A stretch of 64,000 nt of DNA from an uncultured Pelagibacteraceae bacterium. GTDB lineage: Bacteria > Pseudomonadota > Alphaproteobacteria > Pelagibacterales > Pelagibacteraceae. The notes under the pieces were generated by a model that did no database searches, was not told the origin of the DNA, and worked only from the letters and a program-made list of their open reading frames with translations. The stretch is taken from positions 6,278 to 70,277 of the forward strand of contig CABZEV010000001.1 of the NCBI GenBank assembly GCA_902524865.1, in the 5' to 3' direction. Position numbers and translations under genes: made by a program. The first letter of the stretch is position 1, and the number at the start of each line of letters is the position of its first letter. This document shows positions 9,608 to 19,788 of this stretch, piece by piece.

Positions 9608-11401
9608 ATGGAAAAAAATTTATATATCGATGCATCGCATCCAAATGAGATTAGAATTGTACTCAAATCAGGTGAAAAAATTGAAGATTATGAGTACGAG
9701 GGCATAAAAAATAATCTAATAAAAAATAATATCTATTTAGGTAAAGTAAGTCGGATAGAACCATCTTTGCAAGCTGCGTTCGTTGATTTCGGGAGGGAGC
9801 GTCATGGTTTTTTATCTTTCAACGATATTCAATCTGATTATTATCAAATTCCACAAAGTGATTTAGAAAAAATAAAACAAGAAGAAGAAAGAGTCCGAGA
9901 GGAACTATCAAAAAAAGTTGAAGCTAAAGATGAAGAAAATTTAGCTGAAGGCAAATTAGAAATTGAGGATCCCTTAGAAAAAAAAGATCCAATAGAAAAA
10001 ACGGATCCAGAGGATAAGGAAAATTTGGATGATGAAAAAGAAAAAAAATATGAAAGTAAATTTAGATTCAAAAGATACAAAATCCAAGAGGTAATAAAAC
10101 CTAATCAAGTAATTCTAGTTCAGGTGATAAAAGATGAGCGCGGGCAAAAAGGTGCTGCGTTAAGTACTTTTATTTCTATTGCAGGTAAATATATAGTTTT
10201 AATGCCTAACACACCTAAAGGTGGAGGAATTTCGAGAAAAATTTTTAATCCTGCAGATCGAAAAAAAATAAGAAGTATTTTAAATGAAATTGAAATCCCA
10301 AATGAAATGGGACTTATAGTAAGAACTGCTGGAAGTAATAAAACTAAAAATGAAATTGACCACGATTTAGATACACTTATTAAAAGTTGGAATCAAATTA
10401 AGGAAAATGCCCTTGGTTCAATCGCACCTTCATTAATTCATCAAGAAAGTGAAATAATTAAAAGAACTTTAAGAGATATGTATGATGAAAATACAAAAAA
10501 TATTATTATTGAGGGTAATGAAGGTTATAAAAAAGCCCAAAATTTTATGAAAATGATGATGCCGTCTCATGTAAAAAAAATAAAAAAATATAGGGGAAAA
10601 AAACCTTTATTTATAGAGGAGGGTATTGAACAGAAACTAAATCAAATATTTGAGAGTGAAATTAAATTAAATTCAGGTGGTTATTTGGTAATTAATCCAA
10701 CAGAGGCTTTAGTTTCAATAGATATAAACTCGGGAAGCTCAATAAAGCAAAAAAATGTAGAAAGCACTGCTTTAGATACAAACCTTGAAGCAGCAGATGA
10801 AATAGCAAGACAAATAAAGATAAGAGATTTATCAGGACTAATCATAATAGATTTTATTGACATGCTTAGTTATGGTAATCGAAGATTGATAGAGAGAAGG
10901 CTCAAAGAAAAATGTAGATCTGATCGAGCCAGAATTCAAATTGGAAGAATATCAAATTTTGGGCTTTTAGAAATGTCTCGACAGAGATTAAGAGAAAGTG
11001 CAGTCAAATGGAATATTAAACTTACAGATGAGTCATTTGCACTAAAAATTCTTAAGTTGGTTGAATTAAAAGCGGTTATTAATAAAGCTAAATTTGTAGA
11101 TTTAAAAGTATGTAAAAAAATTTCTGATTTTCTAAAAGAAAATTTTATTGAGGATCTTACTTATTTCGAAAAAAAAAATAAAATGAAAATTGATATAATA
11201 TCTGATAATAACTTAATAATTCCTGAATATATTATTGATATTAAAAATAAATCTAAAAAAACTATAGAATTAATTGAACATTTTGAAAAATTAAAAAATC
11301 TTGAGGAGCAAAAAGTAAATAACATTATTGAATTAAAAGAAAAAAAAAAATTTAAAAAGAAAACTTTTAGAAGAAAAAAATTTTTTAAAAAAGCTAAATA
11401 A
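9608..11401 (+). CDS. rne: Ribonuclease E/G family (catalytic domain only, with S1 insertion)
   Basis: [45 protein letters not shown]; ATG at 9608 preferred. Confidence 0.93.
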   Translation: MEKNLYIDASHPNEIRIVLKSGEKIEDYEYEGIKNNLIKNNIYLGKVSRIEPSLQAAFVDFGRERHGFLSFNDIQSDYYQIPQSDLEKIKQEEERVREELSKKVEAKDEENLAEGKLEIEDPLEKKDPIEKTDPEDKENLDDEKEKKYESKFRFKRYKIQEVIKPNQVILVQVIKDERGQKGAALSTFISIAGKYIVLMPNTPKGGGISRKIFNPADRKKIRSILNEIEIPNEMGLIVRTAGSNKTKNEIDHDLDTLIKSWNQIKENALGSIAPSLIHQESEIIKRTLRDMYDENTKNIIIEGNEGYKKAQNFMKMMMPSHVKKIKKYRGKKPLFIEEGIEQKLNQIFESEIKLNSGGYLVINPTEALVSIDINSGSSIKQKNVESTALDTNLEAADEIARQIKIRDLSGLIIIDFIDMLSYGNRRLIERRLKEKCRSDRARIQIGRISNFGLLEMSRQRLRESAVKWNIKLTDESFALKILKLVELKAVINKAKFVDLKVCKKISDFLKENFIEDLTYFEKKNKMKIDIISDNNLIIPEYIIDIKNKSKKTIELIEHFEKLKNLEEQKVNNIIELKEKKKFKKKTFRRKKFFKKAK

Positions 11402-12167
11402 TTCCTAACTTTGGTGAAGATTGACTTCCATACAAGGTTTTTTTAATTCTGCCTGATAAATATGATTGACGACCTGCAATAACTGCATTCTTAAATGCTA
11501 AGGCCATTTGAAATGGTCTTTTTGCTTTTGCGATTGCTGTATTAACTAAAACCCCATCACACCCTAATTCCATAGCTATAGCTGCATCTGAGGCTTGTCC
11601 TAGTCCAGCATCAATTATTAATGGTAATTTTGTTTGTTTTCTAATTATCTTGATATTTACTTTATTAATTATACCTAAACCAGAACCTATTGGTGCAGCT
11701 AAAGGCATTATTGCGCAAGCTCCTGAATTTTCCAATCTTTTTGCCATTAAAGGATCATCATTACAATAGACCATAACTTTAAATCCTTCCTTGGTTAATA
11801 TCTCAGTTGATTTAAGAGTTTCAATCATCTCAGGAAATAAGTTTTTTTTATCTCCCAATACCTCAAGTTTGACTAATTTCCAGCCACCTATCTCTCTCGC
11901 CAACCTTAAAGTCCTTAATGCCTCTTTTGAGTTAAAGCAACCAGCCGTATTTGGAAGATAAGTAATTTTTTTTGGATCAATATAATCCATTAATAATGGT
12001 TTTTTTTTATCAGTAATATTTACTCTTCTAACAGCAACTGTAACTATTTCAGCTCCTGATAGTTTTATTGCTTTAGCACACTCTTGCATAGTTTTATACT
12101 TACCGGTTCCCACAATAAGTCTAGAGCTAAAATTTTTCCTAGAAATAATTAATTTGTCTTTTTTCAA
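11394..12167 (-). CDS. thiG: Thiazole synthase
   Basis: [41 protein letters not shown] motifs. Confidence 0.96.
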   Translation of the reverse strand: MKKDKLIISRKNFSSRLIVGTGKYKTMQECAKAIKLSGAEIVTVAVRRVNITDKKKPLLMDYIDPKKITYLPNTAGCFNSKEALRTLRLAREIGGWKLVKLEVLGDKKNLFPEMIETLKSTEILTKEGFKVMVYCNDDPLMAKRLENSGACAIMPLAAPIGSGLGIINKVNIKIIRKQTKLPLIIDAGLGQASDAAIAMELGCDGVLVNTAIAKAKRPFQMALAFKNAVIAGRQSYLSGRIKKTLYGSQSSPKLGII

Positions 12168-12169
12168 TT

Positions 12170-12382
12170 TTAACCACCTCCAATGAAATGAACTATTTCT
12201 ATTTTATCGTTATTTTTAAGTTTGATGCTTTTTATTTTTTTTTTATTCACTATTTCTTGATTTAATTCAACAGCAACTTTCGTTAATGGAATTTTGTTTT
12301 TTTTAACAATATTGAATAATGTTGAATTATGATTAATAGCTCTCATTTTTCCGTTTAATTTTATTTTTATTTTTTTTTTCAT
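12170..12382 (-). CDS. thiS: Thiamine biosynthesis sulfur carrier
   Basis: 70 aa [11 protein letters not shown]...[10 protein letters not shown]...[12 protein letters not shown] with C-terminal GG. True start at 12382; the longer ORF is antisense to aroQ. Confidence 0.93.
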   Translation of the reverse strand: MKKKIKIKLNGKMRAINHNSTLFNIVKKNKIPLTKVAVELNQEIVNKKKIKSIKLKNNDKIEIVHFIGGG

Positions 12383-12398
12383 CGTATATAAAAGCTGA

Positions 12399-12848
12399 AT
12401 GAATAATAAAATAATTATTATTAATGGTCCAAATATTAATCTATTAGGTGAAAGAGAACAATCACAATATGGATCAATCACGTTTGACAAGCTTAAAGAA
12501 GAATGCTTAGCAAAATCAAAAGAATTAGGACTTTCCACTGAGTTTGCACAATCAAATGTTGAGGGGGAATTGGTTAATATAATACAAAATGCTAAGGAAA
12601 AGTTTGACGGGATGATTATCAATGCTGCTGCATTTACTCACACCTCAATTGCAATTAGAGATGCTTTAGAAATTTTTAAAAAACCTATTATTGAAGTACA
12701 TATTTCAAATATCTATAAACGTGAAGAATTTAGAAAAAAATCTTTAATAAGTGACGTAGTTACTGGTGGAATATTTGGCCTAAATACTGATGGTTATATT
12801 TTAGCCATAATTTCAATACAAAAGCTGATTCAAAATGAAAATAGATAA
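12399..12848 (+). CDS. aroQ: Type II 3-dehydroquinate dehydratase
   Basis: NGPNINLLGERE..YG, INAAAFTHTS, EVHISN..RE.FR. Confidence 0.96.
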   Translation: MNNKIIIINGPNINLLGEREQSQYGSITFDKLKEECLAKSKELGLSTEFAQSNVEGELVNIIQNAKEKFDGMIINAAAFTHTSIAIRDALEIFKKPIIEVHISNIYKREEFRKKSLISDVVTGGIFGLNTDGYILAIISIQKLIQNENR

Positions 12849-13266
12849 AAAACTAATAAAAGAATTAAGTGATTATTTGGATGAATTTAACCTTACTGAA
12901 CTGGAGTACACGGAAAAAGATACCAAAATAAAAGTATCAAAAAATAATATTTCAATTAATAATCAAACAAATCAATCATTATCTGAAGAAATAAGTTCAA
13001 ATAAAAATTTAGAAAGTAAAAATAATATATCTGTAATTGAAGTTACATCACCAATAATTGGTACTGCTTACCATGCACCTGAACCTGGAGCTAAAAAATT
13101 CGTAGAGGTTGGAAAGAAAATAAAAAAAGGTGACACTGTAATGATTGTAGAAGCTATGAAAACCATGAATCATGTGCCCTCAAGTTCTGATGGAATAGTA
13201 AAAAAGATACTCGTAGCTGATGGTCAACCTGTTGAGTTTGGCCAAACCCTTATCATACTAGAATAA
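12835..13266 (+). CDS. accB: Acetyl-CoA carboxylase biotin carboxyl carrier protein
   Basis: EAMKTMN biotinylation motif; SPIIGTAY; PVEFGQ. Confidence 0.96.
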   Translation: MKIDKKLIKELSDYLDEFNLTELEYTEKDTKIKVSKNNISINNQTNQSLSEEISSNKNLESKNNISVIEVTSPIIGTAYHAPEPGAKKFVEVGKKIKKGDTVMIVEAMKTMNHVPSSSDGIVKKILVADGQPVEFGQTLIILE

Positions 13267-14603
13267 TGTTTAAAAAAATTTTAATTGCAAATCGTGGGGA
13301 AATTGCAGTTAGAATTATCAGAGCTTGTAAAGAATGGGGAATCTCCACAGTTGCTGTTCATTCTGATGTAGATAGAGAAAGTATGCACGTTAAATTAGCA
13401 GATGAAAGTATATGTATAGGCTCTCATCAACCAGCTAATAGTTATTTAAATATTCCTGCGCTTTTATCAGCTATAGATTTGACTAATGCTGAAGCGGTTC
13501 ATCCTGGTTATGGTTTTTTGTCTGAAAATGCAAACTTCGCAAAGATACTTGAAGAAAATAAAATCAAATTTATCGGTGCTTCTGCAAAACATATTGAAAT
13601 GATGGGAGATAAAATTCAAGCAAAAAAAATTGCAAAAGAAAATGGATTACCTGTTATAGAAGGATCTGAGGGGGGTGTTCAAGATGTAGCTGCAGCAAAA
13701 GAGTTGTGTAAAAAAATTGGTTTTCCGGTCTTAATTAAAGCTTCTGGAGGTGGAGGAGGTAAAGGTATGAAAATTGTTCAAAAGGAGGAAGATTTTGAGA
13801 CAATGTTTTCTGTAGCAAAATCGGAGGCAAAAAAATATTTTGGCAATGACGAAGTTTATATTGAGAAATTTTTTCAAAATCCAAGGCATATAGAAGTTCA
13901 AATTTTAGCTGGAAAGAATGAAACAATTCACTTGCATGAAAGAGATTGCTCTGTTCAAAGAAGACATCAAAAATTAATCGAAGAAACTCCAAGCCCAGTT
14001 TTAAACGACGAAATTAGAAAAGATTTATTTGATAAAACTGTAAATATGGTCAGAAAAATCGGTTATCAAGGAGCTGGTACGGTAGAATTTATATATGAAG
14101 ATGGAAAATTCTATTTTCTAGAGATGAATACAAGAGTACAGGTCGAACATCCTGTTACAGAAATGGTTACAGGAATAGATATAATTAAAGAACAAATATG
14201 GATTGCTTTTACTGGTGAAACGGCTCTCAAGCAATCAGATATCAATCCAAGAGGACATGCCATCGAATGTAGAATAAATGCTGAAGATCCAAAAAAAAAT
14301 TTTCAGCCATCACCAGGTACTATCAGTATGTGTCATCAGCCATCAGGTTTTAGAACAAGGGTAGATGGAGCAATTTTCCAAGGTTATAAGGTAACTCCAT
14401 ATTATGACAGCTTGATATGTAAATTAATTTGTCATGGTAGAAATAGAGGTGAGGCAATCCAAAGGATGAATAGATCATTAGATGAATTTGTTATTGAAGG
14501 GATTACAACAACCATTCCTTTACACAAAAAACTTTTAAGTCATAAAAAATTTCTCGAGTCTGATTTTAATGTAAGTTGGATTGATAATGAGAAGATAGTT
14601 TAA
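13266..14603 (+). CDS. accC: Biotin carboxylase
   Basis: ANRGEIA, HPGYGFLSEN, GGGGKGM, ERDCSVQRRHQK, EMNTRVQVEHPVTE. Confidence 0.97.
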   Translation: MFKKILIANRGEIAVRIIRACKEWGISTVAVHSDVDRESMHVKLADESICIGSHQPANSYLNIPALLSAIDLTNAEAVHPGYGFLSENANFAKILEENKIKFIGASAKHIEMMGDKIQAKKIAKENGLPVIEGSEGGVQDVAAAKELCKKIGFPVLIKASGGGGGKGMKIVQKEEDFETMFSVAKSEAKKYFGNDEVYIEKFFQNPRHIEVQILAGKNETIHLHERDCSVQRRHQKLIEETPSPVLNDEIRKDLFDKTVNMVRKIGYQGAGTVEFIYEDGKFYFLEMNTRVQVEHPVTEMVTGIDIIKEQIWIAFTGETALKQSDINPRGHAIECRINAEDPKKNFQPSPGTISMCHQPSGFRTRVDGAIFQGYKVTPYYDSLICKLICHGRNRGEAIQRMNRSLDEFVIEGITTTIPLHKKLLSHKKFLESDFNVSWIDNEKIV

Positions 14604-14998
14604 TAACAGCTTATTAACCAAATATCATATACAGGATGATCAAATGGTGTTATGGATGGGCTTGATGAGAACATCCAGCCATTAAACACAAATACATCAT
14701 CTTTATTTTTATTTGTTAGATCCCTTACTTGAATATAAGCTATAATTTCTGGATTATCATCGAATTCTGAATTTTTACACTTCAAACTTTTAATTAGAAG
14801 ATCTTTGTGTTTTTTTTCTTCTCCGTTTTTAAGTTTAATTAAAATATTTTTTGAAGAAATTTTATCTAAAATTTTTATATTAGTGTACCTACTTACTTGA
14901 TTTTGCTCAGAATATGCAAAAAAGGGTATGATTAAAAAAAGAAATATAAATAAATTAAATTTAGTCTTTCCAAGACCTATATTTTTTTTGAATAGCAT
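14600..14998 (-). CDS. DUF2155-family exported protein
   Basis: Hydrophobic N-terminus; LDKIS...C...FNGWMFSSSPSITPFDHPVYDIWLISC signature; usual neighbour of NDUFA12 in alphaproteobacteria. Start uncertain. Confidence 0.8.
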   Translation of the reverse strand: MLFKKNIGLGKTKFNLFIFLFLIIPFFAYSEQNQVSRYTNIKILDKISSKNILIKLKNGEEKKHKDLLIKSLKCKNSEFDDNPEIIAYIQVRDLTNKNKDDVFVFNGWMFSSSPSITPFDHPVYDIWLISCY

Positions 14999-15320
14999 TT
15001 TTGTTTTTATTTGGATAATAAGCAGAGTCTGTGCCAGTTAAATTCTCTTGATGGGGTTTTTGCCAACTATATTTTTTTAATTCATGATTATTTTCTATTT
15101 TATTACGAGTAAAATGTATCCAAGAATACCACTCTACTGGTATTTTTGATGCGTCAATTTCTGCAGCATAAATAACCCATCTTTTTCCATTTTTAGACTC
15201 GTAATATTTATTTCCTAAATGATCTGTTCCTACTAATTTACCAAATAAAATTGTTTTTACTCTGGTTCCAAAAGTATCTCGATTCCACCATGTGAAAATT
15301 TTTTTAAAAAGTGTCAACAT
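14961..15320 (-). CDS. NADH:ubiquinone oxidoreductase subunit NDUFA12 (17.2 kDa family)
   Basis: VGTDHLGNKYYE, RWVIY, ASKIPVEWYSWIH, WQKPHQENLTGT. Confidence 0.92.
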   Translation of the reverse strand: MLTLFKKIFTWWNRDTFGTRVKTILFGKLVGTDHLGNKYYESKNGKRWVIYAAEIDASKIPVEWYSWIHFTRNKIENNHELKKYSWQKPHQENLTGTDSAYYPNKNKNAIQKKYRSWKD

Positions 15321-15439
15321 AATAAAATTATTTTTTTCAATTTAAAATTGTATAAATTAAATTAGACTAAAATTTGTTTTTGTATATAAATTAATTGATT
15401 CATTATTCAAATAAAATTTAAAATAATAAATGAGGTTAA

Positions 15440-16261
15440 ATGGCAAAATATTTAGTTGAAACATATTACACTTGTACTTTTAAAGTAAATCATTATTTAG
15501 ACAATATTAATGAAAGTGAGCTTAAAAATTTAGAAAAACGAGACGATGGTAAATTTGAAGTCCTGGACGTAAAACTTGATAATAGAAAAACCAAAAGCTT
15601 AGATCCAAATAATAAAAAGATTGTTGAAAATAAGAAAATTGACGTAGTAGCCACAAATAACCAATCATCATCAAAAAATTTAGAGAATATAATCAAGGCT
15701 AATAATAATCCAGAAAAATCAGGAAAAAGATTTAGTATGCCAGATAGAAGAAAAGGCTACATCCAAAAAGCAACTATTGGTGATCATAAAGTATATTTAC
15801 ACACTGGTGAATACGAAGATGGAAAAATTGGAGAAATTTTTATTGATACAAGCAAAGAGGGTGAATTAGTTAAAGCCCTAATGAATAATTTTGCTATAGC
15901 AATATCCTTAGGTCTACAATATGGGGTTCCACTGGATGAATTTATAAGTGCTTTTGTTGGTACAAAATTTGAACCTTCCGGTAAAGTTCATGGAAATGAT
16001 AGAATTTTAACCGCAACATCAATTCTAGACTATATTTTTAGAGAATTAGCGATTTCTTATCAAAATAGAGAAGATTTGGCTCATACACCTTCAATTGGTA
16101 ATTCAGAAATTTCAAATATTGATGAGCAAAACACAGATGATCAAAATCAACTTTTAAAAATAGTAAAAGATATTACTAGTAAAGGTTTTGTAAGAAATAA
16201 CTATAAGAAAAATTTAGTTGATTTATCAGATGTAAAGATAAATCTCAAAGGTAAAAAATAA
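15440..16261 (+). CDS. Stand-alone TSCPD-domain protein (homologous to the C-terminus of B12-dependent RNR NrdJ)
   Basis: [37 protein letters not shown]...GLQYGVPL...FEPSG...[16 protein letters not shown] matches the alphaproteobacterial NrdJ tail. No RNR catalytic core. SD GAGGT at 15432-15436. Confidence 0.8.
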   Translation: MAKYLVETYYTCTFKVNHYLDNINESELKNLEKRDDGKFEVLDVKLDNRKTKSLDPNNKKIVENKKIDVVATNNQSSSKNLENIIKANNNPEKSGKRFSMPDRRKGYIQKATIGDHKVYLHTGEYEDGKIGEIFIDTSKEGELVKALMNNFAIAISLGLQYGVPLDEFISAFVGTKFEPSGKVHGNDRILTATSILDYIFRELAISYQNREDLAHTPSIGNSEISNIDEQNTDDQNQLLKIVKDITSKGFVRNNYKKNLVDLSDVKINLKGKK

Positions 16262-16262
16262 T

Positions 16263-18041
16263 CTATTTCTTTATTTTGAGAGCTAGATTTAGCTCCTTTA
16301 ATTGCTTTTCATCTATAGATGAAGGAGCATTCATCATTAAATCTTGAGCGTTTTGATTCATGGGAAACATAGTCACTTCCCTAATATTTTTTTCGTTTGC
16401 CAAAAGCATTATTATTCTATCAATCCCAGGAGCAATTCCCCCATGCGGTGGTGCACCATAGCTCAGAGCATTGATCATTCCACTAAATTTTTCATCAACT
16501 TGATCTTTATTATAACCTGCAATAGCAAATAATTTATACATAAGTTCAGGAATATGATTTCTTATAGCACCAGATGAAAGTTCAATCCCATTACATACTA
16601 TATCGTACTGATAAGCTAACATATCTAAGGGTTCTTCAAAATTAAGTTTTTTAATATCTCCTTGCGGCATCGAAAAAGGATTATGACTAAATTCAATTTT
16701 ACTAGTTTGATCATTTTTTTCAAACATTGGATAATCAACTACCCAACAAAATGCGAAAACATTATCATCTATTAAATTCAAGTCTTTTGCAATTTTATCT
16801 CTAGCTAAGCTAGTTATTCGCTCTAAATCTTTTTTTTTACCACAAGCCATGAATATACTATCTCCAACTTTTGCACCTGTTTTTTTCATGATTTCCTCTA
16901 AAGATTCTTTTGAAAAAAACTTACCCACTGGTCCTTTTGCAGAAAACCCATTTTCAATAGTAAAATAAGCTAGACCAGAGGCCCCCTCATCTTTAGCCCA
17001 TCTATCTATATTATCAAAAAAGCTTCTTGGTTTATCTTTCGTATTCTGAGTAACAATACATCTTACATTTGAGCCAGACTTCACATGTTTTTTAAAGATA
17101 TCAAAAGATACATCATCTCTTATAAAAGTTTCTGTTATATCATCAATTATTAGTGGATTTCTAAGATCAGGTTTATCACTTCCATACTTTAAAAGTGCAT
17201 CTCTATAAGTAATTCTTGGAAATTTTTCTGTTATAATTTTTTTTTTTGAGAATTTTTTAAAGGTTTTAACTAATAGTTGTTCAACAACTTTAAAAACGTC
17301 CTCTTGCTCAACAAAAGACATCTCTAAATCTAATTGATAAAACTCTCCTGGACTTCGATCAGCACGGGCATCTTCATCTCTAAAACATGGAGCGATTTGA
17401 AAATATTTATCAAAACCCGAAACCATTATGAGTTGCTTAAATTGCTGAGGTGCTTGCGGTAAAGCATAAAACTTACCTGGATTCAATCTACTTGGCACAA
17501 GAAAATCTCTTGCTCCTTCAGGACTTGATGAAGTTAATATTGGTGTTTGGAACTCTAAAAAACCAAATTTATTCATTTCATTTCTGATAAACGAAATAAC
17601 TTTTGATCGCAAAATAATATTTTCATGAATTTTTTTTCTTCTTAAATCTAAATATCTATATTTCAATCTGATCTCTTCAGAATATTCTTGATCGCTAAAA
17701 ACAGGCATTGGTAACTCTTTACACTTACCTAAAACAATAAAATTTTTGATAGTGACTTCAATCTCTCCTGTTTCTATCTCTTTATTGATTGTATCAGTTG
17801 ATCTATCAACTACTTTACCCTCTACATTAATAACTGTTTCAAGTTGTAATTTTTCTAAATCTTTAAAGTTTTTATTTCCTTTATCTACTATACACTGTGT
17901 GATGCCATAATTATCACGTAAATCTAAAAATAAGAGATTTCCATGATCACGCTTCTTATTAATCCAACCTGAAAGTATAATATTACTCCCGACATTTTTT
18001 TTTCTAAGTTCGTTACAATTGTGACTTCTATATTTATTCAA
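16263..18041 (-). CDS. aspS: Aspartyl-tRNA synthetase
   Basis: YRSH.C, RDHG, LRDNYG, PEGARDFLVPSR, FRDED.RADR, PPHGGIAPGIDR. The RDHG His suggests a non-discriminating AspRS. Confidence 0.97.
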   Translation of the reverse strand: MNKYRSHNCNELRKKNVGSNIILSGWINKKRDHGNLLFLDLRDNYGITQCIVDKGNKNFKDLEKLQLETVINVEGKVVDRSTDTINKEIETGEIEVTIKNFIVLGKCKELPMPVFSDQEYSEEIRLKYRYLDLRRKKIHENIILRSKVISFIRNEMNKFGFLEFQTPILTSSSPEGARDFLVPSRLNPGKFYALPQAPQQFKQLIMVSGFDKYFQIAPCFRDEDARADRSPGEFYQLDLEMSFVEQEDVFKVVEQLLVKTFKKFSKKKIITEKFPRITYRDALLKYGSDKPDLRNPLIIDDITETFIRDDVSFDIFKKHVKSGSNVRCIVTQNTKDKPRSFFDNIDRWAKDEGASGLAYFTIENGFSAKGPVGKFFSKESLEEIMKKTGAKVGDSIFMACGKKKDLERITSLARDKIAKDLNLIDDNVFAFCWVVDYPMFEKNDQTSKIEFSHNPFSMPQGDIKKLNFEEPLDMLAYQYDIVCNGIELSSGAIRNHIPELMYKLFAIAGYNKDQVDEKFSGMINALSYGAPPHGGIAPGIDRIIMLLANEKNIREVTMFPMNQNAQDLMMNAPSSIDEKQLKELNLALKIKK

Positions 18042-18704
18042 TTATTCTCCCAATACCTCTTTAATTGTACTTAAATTTATAGATCTTTTTTTTTTTAAAC
18101 TTAATTCGTCGATTTTATAAATAAAATCAACTATTTTTTCATATGATCTATCAATTCTTTTAATAATATAGTCAATTAATTTTTTATCTATTGATATTTG
18201 ACGATCAGATAAATTTTTTAAAATTAAAGCGAATAAAAGTTCATCATCAGGTTTATCAATATTTTGAAGTAAAAAATTTTTTGATCTTGATTTTAAATCA
18301 TTTAACTTAAAATCAATATTTACAATGGGACTTTCAGATGTAACTATCAAATATTTATTATCTTGTTCAACTATATTATACAGAGTAAAAAATAAATTTT
18401 CATTTATCTTTTCAGACACATTTTCTAAAATAATATTTTGAAAAATTTTTATTTTTTTAAAATCATTATCACTTAATAAATTAGATTCAATTTTGGTTCC
18501 TTTATATTTTTTTAAAAAAATATTAATTAAATGCGTTTTACCAGAAAATTTTTCACCACTAATATTGAGAAAATTTTTTTCCCATTTAGGCCATTTATTT
18601 ATTAAGTCAAATATTTGCTTATTACTTTTTGATACGTAGAAATCATCTTCTTTAAAATTACCATCATAATTAAATTTGATAATTTCTTGATCTATATCTT
18701 TCAT
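18042..18704 (-). CDS. hdaA: DnaA-related AAA+ protein HdaA (regulatory inactivation of DnaA)
   Basis: FYVSKSN, Walker A GEKFSGKTH, DLKSR, IDRS; conserved position after DUF2066 and opposite purM. ATG at 18704 overlaps the upstream stop (ATGA). Confidence 0.8.
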   Translation of the reverse strand: MKDIDQEIIKFNYDGNFKEDDFYVSKSNKQIFDLINKWPKWEKNFLNISGEKFSGKTHLINIFLKKYKGTKIESNLLSDNDFKKIKIFQNIILENVSEKINENLFFTLYNIVEQDNKYLIVTSESPIVNIDFKLNDLKSRSKNFLLQNIDKPDDELLFALILKNLSDRQISIDKKLIDYIIKRIDRSYEKIVDFIYKIDELSLKKKRSINLSTIKEVLGE

Positions 18705-19777
18705 TGTAAAATCCATGTCTTATTCTGAGTGTTAAAAACAAAATTTTTATCTCTCATTAGTTTTAAAAATATATTTGGGGTACCATTAAAAATAATTTGA
18801 TAATAGATATGGTTTTTATCAAATTTTAAAACAAAATAATCATATACTAAATTTATTTCATTTAATATTTTTTCAAAATTTGAAACTTTCAAATTATCAT
18901 CAGAGTCTAATTTAACAAATATTGGCAGTTTAATTGAGGTATTAATTCTATTGAAAATTTTCCAGTGATCTTCGTAAATTATTTTTAGTTTATCTATTAA
19001 TTTCGTAATATCGTCTTCATCATCGAAATTTATGTCTGAAAATGCAAGATTTTTTAAAACTACTTTGTCCTCGATTGTTATTCTAGATAAAATTCTTACA
19101 TTATTATTATTTTTAAAAACTAAAGTTATAATTGAGTCATCTAAATTATATTTTCTAGTAATCTCTTCAAAATTATATTTTTCAATAGTCTCGTAATTTT
19201 TTTTAATGAGATTTAAATCTTCTAGATCTTCGGTTGGCAAAAGATACTCTAGAAGATGCGATTTTTTATTATACTTGTTCCAATTGTTAAATAAATTATT
19301 TTCTGAAAATGCTAATAAATTATCATTTTTTTCCTCTATTATGATTGGAAATAAAAAGAATTTTTTTCTGTTTGGAACTGATGGGAACACATTTTTATTT
19401 TGTAAGTAATTAAAAATTTTTTTTTTATTAAAAGCGACTCCCAAATTTACATAATAAGTCTCATCAATAAACTTTTCTTCTTTTACAGAAAAAGACTCTA
19501 TCATTCCTTTTATCTCAGCTAATTTTATTCCTCTAATTATTTTTTGATCTGAAGAGACTGTAATAGTTGAGATTAATCTAGAAAAAGCTTTAATAAAACC
19601 ATCATCTATAACCCTATTTTTATCAAAATTTATTTCAAACGGCTTTGAAATTTCAATATTATTTACATCAAAAGATTTTGCCTCAGCTTTATCTGTGGAA
19701 AAAAAAAATATATTTAAAGATAGAAATGCAAAAAAAATATATAAAAAATGTGAAAAATTTTTAAATCTAATTATCAT
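18701..19777 (-). CDS. Exported protein, DUF2066-like
   Basis: Signal peptide ending AEA; FSVKEEKF...YYVNLGVAFN; syntenic between purM and hda. Confidence 0.6.
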   Translation of the reverse strand: MIIRFKNFSHFLYIFFAFLSLNIFFFSTDKAEAKSFDVNNIEISKPFEINFDKNRVIDDGFIKAFSRLISTITVSSDQKIIRGIKLAEIKGMIESFSVKEEKFIDETYYVNLGVAFNKKKIFNYLQNKNVFPSVPNRKKFFLFPIIIEEKNDNLLAFSENNLFNNWNKYNKKSHLLEYLLPTEDLEDLNLIKKNYETIEKYNFEEITRKYNLDDSIITLVFKNNNNVRILSRITIEDKVVLKNLAFSDINFDDEDDITKLIDKLKIIYEDHWKIFNRINTSIKLPIFVKLDSDDNLKVSNFEKILNEINLVYDYFVLKFDKNHIYYQIIFNGTPNIFLKLMRDKNFVFNTQNKTWILQ

Positions 19778-19788
19778 ACTTTATAATA

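Noticed and set aside
12383-12398. TPP riboswitch for thiSG
   Set aside because: Only 16 nt of spacer and no recognisable TPP aptamer there.
12383-12622. 80-aa N-terminal extension of ThiS (150-aa ORF)
   Set aside because: It is the antisense of aroQ; the ThiS fold starts at ATG 12382.
15440-16261. Functional class II ribonucleotide reductase
   Set aside because: No catalytic NPCxE loop or barrel; only the C-terminal domain is present.
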